Source: Desulfocapsa sulfexigens DSM 10523 (lineage in GTDB: Bacteria; Desulfobacterota; Desulfobulbia; Desulfobulbales; Desulfocapsaceae). From it: a stretch of DNA of 32,000 bases. Location: positions 3,300,001 to 3,332,000 of the forward strand of contig NC_020304.1 of assembly GCF_000341395.1 (NCBI RefSeq). The letters run 5' to 3'. Within the stretch, counting starts at the first letter, position 1, and the number at the start of each line of letters is the position of its first letter. Under the pieces are notes generated by a model, which ran no database searches, was not told where the DNA came from, and saw nothing but the letters and a program-made list of their open reading frames with translations. The position numbers and the translations under genes are program-made. Shown here piece by piece: positions 25,828 through 32,000 of the stretch.

Positions 25828-27474
25828 ATGCTTCTTGAAATCGACAAACTCAACCTCAGCTTCCACCTGGATACAGGCAAACAGCAGACCGAGAAGAAGC
25901 AGGTTCTCTTTGACATTTCCCTTTCCGTTGACTGTGGTGAGACCATAGCCCTTGTCGGCGAATCAGGTTCCGGTAAATCCGTAACGGCTCTCTCTATCCT
26001 CAGGCTCCTCGAAGACTCCTCACATGTCAGTTCCAGCGGTGCCATCCACTTTGAAGGAAAGGATATCTCCACTTTGAACAAAAAGGAACTGAGGGCTGTC
26101 CGTGGAAACAGGATAGCCATGATTTTCCAGGAACCGATGACTTCATTGAATCCCGTATACACCATAGGGAATCAACTAATGGAACCCCTGCTTCTCCATC
26201 AGAAACTCACCCAGAGAGATGCCCATCTTGAGGCAATTAAACTCCTGGAACGTACAGGTATTGATGAACCAGCGGCCCGAATGAAATCTTTTCCACACCA
26301 ACTTTCCGGAGGACAACGACAACGGGTTATGATTGCCATGGCCCTGGCTTGCAGACCATCATTACTTATAGCCGACGAACCAACCACTGCTCTTGACGTT
26401 ACGATTCAGGTACAAATCCTTGACCTTATAAAAGACCTCCAGGAAGAGTTTGGTATGGCTCTTCTGCTTATCACCCATGACCTGACCATGGTGAGAAGAA
26501 TTGCCGACAACGTTCATATTATGAAAGATGGCCGGATTGTTGAACATGGGAGAACAGATCTTGTTTTTGATAATCCGAAACAACCCTACACCAGGCACCT
26601 GATGAATTCACTACCTGGTGGCCATCACAGCCCTAAAGATACGAACAGGGTATTGATAGAGTTGTCCAGACTGAACTGCACATTTCACCTCAAAAGTGGC
26701 TGGAAAGGGTTTTTTAACAAAAACAAAGAGAAAAATACTATACATGCAGTTGATCAGGTCAGTCTCAGCATCAAACGTGGCACAACCTGTGGGCTTGTTG
26801 GTGAATCAGGATCAGGAAAATCAACTCTTGCCATGGCCATTCTCCAGCTCACCAGAAGTTCTGGTCAGATACTGTTTAACGGAAAAAATATCCAGGGACT
26901 TTCGAACAGAGAAATGCGGCCATTGCGCAAAAATCTGCAGATAATTTTTCAGGATCCGTTTTCTTCTCTCTCACCGCGGCTGAATATTGGCCAGATCATT
27001 ATGGAAGGAATGAAAGTTCACGGTATAGGGAGAACGTATTCAGAACAGAAAAAGAAGGTTGCGGAGATATTGGTAGAAGTGGGACTGAACGCTGAAATGA
27101 TCCATCGCTATCCCCACGAATTTTCAGGCGGACAGAGACAGCGAATAGCAATAGCCCGTTCCATTGTGCTTCAGCCTGAATTTCTGGTGCTTGATGAGCC
27201 AACCTCAGCCCTTGACATGACAATCCAGAAACAGATTATTGACCTCCTTAAAAAACTTCAAGATCGCTATGGAATGACCTATCTTTTCATCTCCCATGAT
27301 CTTCGGGTTGTCAGGGCTATGGCGGATCATGTCGCGGTTATGCAAAATGGACGAATTGTCGAATCAGGATTTGCCGGTAAAATCTTTGAAGCGCCTGAAC
27401 ATGAATACACAAAACGCCTCTTTAAGGCTGCTCTTGGCAACCACAAGTCGTTCACATCTTCTGTAGAAGAATAA
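25828..27474 (+). CDS. ABC transporter ATPase with two tandem nucleotide-binding domains (DppD-DppF/YejF-like)
   Basis: 548 aa; two Walker A motifs (GESGSGKSVTA; GESGSGKSTLA) and two signature motifs (LSGGQRQRVMIAMAL; FSGGQRQRIAIARSI). Confidence 0.92.
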   Translation: MLLEIDKLNLSFHLDTGKQQTEKKQVLFDISLSVDCGETIALVGESGSGKSVTALSILRLLEDSSHVSSSGAIHFEGKDISTLNKKELRAVRGNRIAMIFQEPMTSLNPVYTIGNQLMEPLLLHQKLTQRDAHLEAIKLLERTGIDEPAARMKSFPHQLSGGQRQRVMIAMALACRPSLLIADEPTTALDVTIQVQILDLIKDLQEEFGMALLLITHDLTMVRRIADNVHIMKDGRIVEHGRTDLVFDNPKQPYTRHLMNSLPGGHHSPKDTNRVLIELSRLNCTFHLKSGWKGFFNKNKEKNTIHAVDQVSLSIKRGTTCGLVGESGSGKSTLAMAILQLTRSSGQILFNGKNIQGLSNREMRPLRKNLQIIFQDPFSSLSPRLNIGQIIMEGMKVHGIGRTYSEQKKKVAEILVEVGLNAEMIHRYPHEFSGGQRQRIAIARSIVLQPEFLVLDEPTSALDMTIQKQIIDLLKKLQDRYGMTYLFISHDLRVVRAMADHVAVMQNGRIVESGFAGKIFEAPEHEYTKRLFKAALGNHKSFTSSVEE

Positions 27475-27796
27475 GGAGCTGTTCAAGCTTTGGGAGCAGT
27501 TCAGTGGCAACCACCAGTGAACCATCACGACAATCAGCCTCCATTGCTGCTGAAACTTCTCGAATACCTTCAAAACCAAGGCTTGCGGCAGCCCCTTTTA
27601 TGGAGTGGGCACTTGCTCTTCCCGTAACAGCATCCCCACTTGCAATTCCCTGCTTGAGCTTTGCCAGGTCTGAGGTGGATGATTCTTTAAATATCACAAT
27701 TAATTCCTGTAAAAGTTCCTCATCATCCGCCGCCTGTTCCAGGGCAAATTCCTTATTCCATTTCAAATCTTTCATTTCAGACTCCTCTGCAGACAC
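27452..27796 (-). CDS. Hpt (histidine phosphotransfer) domain protein
   Basis: 114 aa; ASAHSIKGAAASLGFEGIREVSAAME matches the Hpt motif. Confidence 0.8.
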   Translation of the reverse strand: MSAEESEMKDLKWNKEFALEQAADDEELLQELIVIFKESSTSDLAKLKQGIASGDAVTGRASAHSIKGAAASLGFEGIREVSAAMEADCRDGSLVVATELLPKLEQLLILLQKM

Positions 27797-27866
27797 CCTG
27801 ACCTGGTGAAAATATAAATTGTTTTTTTAGGATCGACTCACTGAAAATGCTATCATATTCAACTAA

Positions 27867-28499
27867 TCATTTGCAAACGGTATAATGAGATGGTAAGTGC
27901 TGAGATAACTGTTCGTGACTAATTACACCCTCCCGTATGATTCTGCACTCCATGGTATCGTCTGTACAGTGGACGATTGTTGATCCCTGCCCTCCAGGCG
28001 TCGGTCCACCATCCAGAACACAGGACACCCTGTCCCCAAACACTGTATGCACATCCTCTGCCGTAGCAAGTGCCTCTTCTCCACTTATGTTGGCACTGGT
28101 GGTCGTCAGTGCTCCCCCCCAGGATTCTGCCAATTTCATAGCAACGGGATGTGAGGATACCCGAAGAGCCAGGGTATTCGTCCCACCGGTGAGAATCGAT
28201 GGAATATGTTTTCTGGCAGAGAAAATAAGTGTTAGAGGACCAGGCCAGAAAGAATTCATCAGCCCCTTGTATCCATTAGGGACTAAAGACACAAGAGATA
28301 AGAGATGTGTCACATCTGGAATGATAAGGGAAATAGCCTTTTGTTCTTCCCTTTTTTTTAAGGCATAGAGATCAGTTATGGCCTGTTCGTTTTCAGGATC
28401 AACGGCCAGGCCATAAAAGGTTTCTGTCGGATAGGCTACAATGCCACCCTGCTTCAGACACTGCAAAGCGTATTCATAGTCATGCTCGGTAGGTTGCAC
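27867..28499 (-). CDS. L-threonylcarbamoyladenylate synthase (TsaC/Sua5/YwlC family)
   Basis: 210 aa; GGIVAYPTETFYGLAVD, KKREEQKAISLII, FWPGPLTLIF, LALRVSSHP, TTSANISG. Confidence 0.92.
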   Translation of the reverse strand: MQPTEHDYEYALQCLKQGGIVAYPTETFYGLAVDPENEQAITDLYALKKREEQKAISLIIPDVTHLLSLVSLVPNGYKGLMNSFWPGPLTLIFSARKHIPSILTGGTNTLALRVSSHPVAMKLAESWGGALTTTSANISGEEALATAEDVHTVFGDRVSCVLDGGPTPGGQGSTIVHCTDDTMECRIIREGVISHEQLSQHLPSHYTVCK

Positions 28500-28514
28500 G
28501 TAAAAAAACCTTTA

Positions 28515-30296
28515 TTACAGGCCAATTCGTTTCGCTTTTTCCTCTACTTCCCTGGCCATGGTAATTTTATAGTTTGATACTCTCTTACTCAGCTCTTTGT
28601 CACCAAGAGCTAGGATCCTAGCTGCAAGCACCGCAGCGTTTTTGGCACCGGGTTTACCGATCCCCATTGTGGCAACAGGAATTCCCGGTGGCATTTGAAC
28701 TGTTGCAAGAAGTGCATCCATACCTCTGAGGGGCGAGGCATCAAGGGGCACACCAATAACGGGTAGGTCAGTATGTGCTGCAAGGACTCCTGCCAGGTGA
28801 GCAGCCATTCCTGCCCCGGCTATAATGAGTTTCAAACCTCGACCCTGAGCTGTTGCAGCAAAGCTTGCAGCGCGTTCGGGCGTACGGTGAGCCGAGGCTA
28901 CGGTCATTTCCCAGGGAATCCCAATGTAGGTTAAAAAGTCTGCTGCAGCCTGCATGACCGGAAGATCTGAGTCACTTCCCATTACGATGCCAACAAGAGG
29001 TTTTGCATCAATTTCCATTCTTTTCTTCAAAGCCTTCGCTCCAATGTCTGTGCGATAGAAAGAACCAGTCCATTCTATCATCTCCGTTGCCTTATAGGCA
29101 GCTGCTATCGCTTTTTCTAGATCCTTAGCAACCGCTGTTACCCCAAGAACACGTCCCCCTGCAGAAATGACCCGGCCGTTTCTAACATCGGTTCCTGCAT
29201 GAAAAACAACAACACCAGTGACATCGGAAGCCTTTTTCAGACCTCGAATAACCTTACCTGATTCATAACTTCCGGGGTATCCGCCAGATGCCATAACCAC
29301 ACATACCGTGGGTCTTGGATCTATCTTCATTTCAACCTGATCAAGGCGACCATCAATAACAGCCTCGAAAATATCAACGACATCACTCTTTAATCGCATG
29401 AGCAATGGCTGCGCTTCAGGATCACCAAAACGACAGTTAAATTCGAGAACCTGTACATCATCACCGTCAATCATCAATCCGGCATAGAGCATTCCTTTAT
29501 AGGGACGGCCTTCTGCTGCCATCCCCTGAATAGTCGGCAGCATAACCTTCTCCATAACGTAGTCAGCTATTTTCTCTGTGACTACGGGAGCCGGCGAATA
29601 GGCCCCCATCCCTCCGGTATTTGGCCCTTTATCCCCTTCATATGCAGCCTTGTGATCCTGTGAAGTCGGCAGAGGAAGAACAGTTTTCCCATCTGTAAAG
29701 GCAATAAATGATGCCTCCTCTCCCGTTAAACATTGTTCAACAATCAGTTTATTTCCAGCTTCTCCAAAGGCCTTATCGCGCATGATTAGATCTACCGCGG
29801 CCTTGGCCTCTTTCACAGTAGATGCAACAATTACACCTTTCCCGGCAGCAAGTCCATCGGCCTTAACGACGAGGGGAGCACCACATTTGTCGATATATTT
29901 TTTGGCTTTTTTGGAATCCTTAAAAACCTTGAATTGAGCAGTGGGGATATCATATTTTTTCAGAAATTCTTTTGTGAAAACTTTACTGCCCTCTAAGATT
30001 GCGGCATCCCGAGTTGGACCAAAAATGCGGAGTCCCTCTTTTTCAAAGGCATCGACCACACCTACGGTTAATGACATCTCAGGACCGATAACTGTTAAAT
30101 CAATTTCCTGTTCTTTTGCGAAGGCTACCAGAGCATCAACGTCAGTAACGCTGATATCGACACATTCGGCCATTCTTTTTATTCCGGCATTTCCTGGGGC
30201 ACAGAAAATTTTATTAACCCGTGTACTCTGGTGGATTTTCCATACCAGTGCATGCTCACGACCTCCCGATCCAACGACAAGAACCTTCATTTTCAT
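28515..30296 (-). CDS. purD-purE: Fused phosphoribosylamine-glycine ligase (PurD) and N5-CAIR mutase/AIR carboxylase (PurE)
   Basis: 593 aa single ORF; PurD motifs (MKVLVVGSGGREHALVWKI, GPNTGGMGAYSPAP, QVLEFNCRFGDPEAQ) followed by a complete PurE-like domain (VGIVMGSDSDLPVMQAAADFL, VASAHRTPERA, IIAGAGMAAHLAGVLAAHT, VIGVPLDASPLRGMDALLATVQMPPGIPVATMGIG). Confidence 0.95.
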   Translation of the reverse strand: MKMKVLVVGSGGREHALVWKIHQSTRVNKIFCAPGNAGIKRMAECVDISVTDVDALVAFAKEQEIDLTVIGPEMSLTVGVVDAFEKEGLRIFGPTRDAAILEGSKVFTKEFLKKYDIPTAQFKVFKDSKKAKKYIDKCGAPLVVKADGLAAGKGVIVASTVKEAKAAVDLIMRDKAFGEAGNKLIVEQCLTGEEASFIAFTDGKTVLPLPTSQDHKAAYEGDKGPNTGGMGAYSPAPVVTEKIADYVMEKVMLPTIQGMAAEGRPYKGMLYAGLMIDGDDVQVLEFNCRFGDPEAQPLLMRLKSDVVDIFEAVIDGRLDQVEMKIDPRPTVCVVMASGGYPGSYESGKVIRGLKKASDVTGVVVFHAGTDVRNGRVISAGGRVLGVTAVAKDLEKAIAAAYKATEMIEWTGSFYRTDIGAKALKKRMEIDAKPLVGIVMGSDSDLPVMQAAADFLTYIGIPWEMTVASAHRTPERAASFAATAQGRGLKLIIAGAGMAAHLAGVLAAHTDLPVIGVPLDASPLRGMDALLATVQMPPGIPVATMGIGKPGAKNAAVLAARILALGDKELSKRVSNYKITMAREVEEKAKRIGL

Positions 30297-30562
30297 ACTC
30301 CCGATAAGTGTAAGTAGTAATCCCTAACAATTAGAGGAAAACCTATGTTTTTTTAGCTTATAAAAATAAAAACAGAATATAAGTAAATAGTTTCACTATA
30401 TTAGCAAAGAGTGACAAACAGAAAAAAAATTACATACTTAAAAGACAAAAGATTGACAATTCTGACAAGACGAATACAATGAATGAACAACCATTCAGTA
30501 TATCCATCTTTCAAACATTTTCAAACAAGAAACTTTGATTTTAATATAACACATTCAGGCCA

Positions 30563-31162
30563 ATGAAAGCAGCAAATAAGCATTCTAAAATTATTCACGC
30601 CGCCACCAAAGTTTTCGCAAAAAAAGGATTCTTTAATGCAAGGATATCTGATATTGCTAAAGAAGCCAAGGTTGCCGATGGTACTATCTATCTCTACTTC
30701 AATAATAAATTTGACATCCTTATTTCAGTTTTTGAAGAAGAGATAGGAGCTTTGATTGAACAGGTTAAAAAACTTCTCGCTGCAGAAGACGATCCTCGAA
30801 AAATGCTCGAAATATTTGCCCAAAAACACCTGACGGTTATGAAAAAAAATAAAAATCTGGCGGAAGTTATCCAGATAGAGCTGAGACAGAGTGCTAAACT
30901 CATCAAAGACTATCGCAACAACAAATTCAGTGAGTATGTAAATATAATCTCTTCAATAATCAAACTTGGCCAGGAACAGAATATTTATCGCTCTTCCATT
31001 CGTCCAGGCATAGCTAAACGTGCCTTCTTTGGTGCACTCGATGAGATATCACGGATATGGACCGTTGGGGTCACAACAGAATACACCGTTGAAGAAACGA
31101 CTCAACAGGTACTTGAGATTTTTCTCTGTGGAATCCTGGAACCCGAGGCAGCCCTACGGTAA
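30563..31162 (+). CDS. TetR/AcrR-family transcriptional regulator
   Basis: 199 aa; KIIHAATKVFAKKGFFNARISDIAKEAKVADGTIYLYFNNKFDIL. Confidence 0.92.
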   Translation: MKAANKHSKIIHAATKVFAKKGFFNARISDIAKEAKVADGTIYLYFNNKFDILISVFEEEIGALIEQVKKLLAAEDDPRKMLEIFAQKHLTVMKKNKNLAEVIQIELRQSAKLIKDYRNNKFSEYVNIISSIIKLGQEQNIYRSSIRPGIAKRAFFGALDEISRIWTVGVTTEYTVEETTQQVLEIFLCGILEPEAALR

Positions 31163-31251
31163 ACAGCAGAGACCATTCCCCTCTCCCCCCCATTTTCTAA
31201 TTCTTCCACCAGTACATATCATTAATACCTTCTGATAGCCTACGCAACCCA

Positions 31252-31749
31252 TCAACTGAAGGAAGAGGGACGGATAGAAATCACCTCAAATTCCCTGGTT
31301 CCTCCTGGTGTTACAGCAGTAACATCATCACCTACTTCTTTACCAAGGAGACTCTTCCCAAGTGGCGAAAAAACTGATATTGAGCCCTTCTTTACGTCAG
31401 CTTCCTCAGAGCCAAGCAACTGGTAGGTAACCTCCTCGTCAGTATCAAGATCAAGGAGTTCAACAACGGTACCAAACACTGCTCTCTCACAGGAAACTTT
31501 TGTACAATCGATCACCTCGGCACGACCAAGCTTATCCTTTAGATCCATGATCCGGCCTTCAATCATCCCCTGACGTTCCTTGGCAGCATGATATTCTGCA
31601 TTTTCTTTGAGATCGCCGTGCTCTCGTGCAATCTCAATGGCCTTAACAACAACATGCCTCTCAACGCGTTCAAGATTGTTTAATTCTTCTTTTAATGCAA
31701 TATATCCTGTTTTTGACATCGGAACGCGCATTACCATTTCTTTCTCCAT
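31252..31749 (-). CDS. greA: Transcription elongation factor GreA
   Basis: 165 aa; HGDLKENAEYHAAKERQGMIEGRI and PLGKSLLGKEVGDDVTAVTPGGTREFEVISI. Confidence 0.93.
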   Translation of the reverse strand: MEKEMVMRVPMSKTGYIALKEELNNLERVERHVVVKAIEIAREHGDLKENAEYHAAKERQGMIEGRIMDLKDKLGRAEVIDCTKVSCERAVFGTVVELLDLDTDEEVTYQLLGSEEADVKKGSISVFSPLGKSLLGKEVGDDVTAVTPGGTREFEVISIRPSSFS

Positions 31750-31810
31750 ATAAAAAAATAACTCCTGTAAAGTACATCTCTACAGGAGTACAAGACTAAA
31801 AACACAATTT

Positions 31811-31999
31811 TTACCAGCGATAAATCACAGAGCCGACAAAACCAATATTCTGAACATCTGCTCCTGATATGTATTCAACCCTGCCATTTAATAAAAAATG
31901 ACGACTCATTTCAAGAAAAATCTGTGCTTTGACCTCATGATTATCATATCCGCCCATTTCATAGCCAAAGGAATATTCAATTGTGTAATAACTTGGTGC
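31811..31999 (-). CDS. C-terminal fragment of a probable outer-membrane beta-barrel protein (5' end outside window)
   Basis: Minus-strand translation APSYYTIEYSFGYEMGGYDNHEVKAQIFLEMSRHFLLNGRVEYISGADVQNIGFVGSVIYRW*: alternating amphipathic strands and a terminal aromatic residue. Confidence 0.45.
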   Translation of the reverse strand, partial: APSYYTIEYSFGYEMGGYDNHEVKAQIFLEMSRHFLLNGRVEYISGADVQNIGFVGSVIYRW

Positions 32000-32000
32000 A

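Noticed and set aside
31171-31190. C-rich stretch (CCCCTCTCCCCCCC) after the TetR gene considered as a second phase-variable tract
   Set aside because: It lies outside any coding frame, between convergent genes, so a change of length would have no evident reading-frame effect.
1-32000. Search for CRISPR arrays, transposases, phage, toxin-antitoxin, retron or other defence modules
   Set aside because: No regularly spaced repeats and no recognisable integrase, transposase, reverse transcriptase or nuclease genes. The window appears to be core and metabolic DNA rather than a defence island.

Overview
The window looks like a chromosomal segment from a Gram-negative anaerobe, possibly of sulfate-reducer (Desulfobulbales-like) type; that assignment rests on gene content only. 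From left to right it contains: (1) the end of an acyl-carrier-protein gene followed by two CrtI-like FAD oxidoreductases, a FabG-like reductase and a FabZ-like dehydratase, which together form an atypical lipid or polyene module; (2) an ORF overlapping the dehydratase stop by ATGA, which has an in-frame TGA between two CxxC motifs and a hairpin after the TGA; (3) a strongly structured inverted repeat just upstream of tolQ-tolR-tolA-tolB-cpoB (no pal in place), then tlyA; (4) an aldo/keto reductase; (5) a large minus-strand block encoding a Tat-exported molybdopterin oxidoreductase, a 4Fe-4S subunit, cytochrome b, a TorD-like chaperone, a PhnD-like periplasmic protein, a histidine kinase and a sigma54-type response regulator. 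The block has a candidate -24/-12 promoter and an upstream palindrome, and the regulator has a G9 tract that throws its FIS helix-turn-helix out of frame; (6) an M48 protease and oleD-oleC-oleB genes without oleA; (7) a tandem dual ABC ATPase, an Hpt protein, TsaC/Sua5, a PurD-PurE fusion, a TetR regulator, GreA and the end of a probable outer-membrane protein. No tRNA, rRNA, CRISPR array or transposase was recognised. The best leads are the X-S-R plus molybdoenzyme operon with its promoter architecture, the G9 frameshift in its regulator, and the TGA-containing zinc-knuckle ORF.
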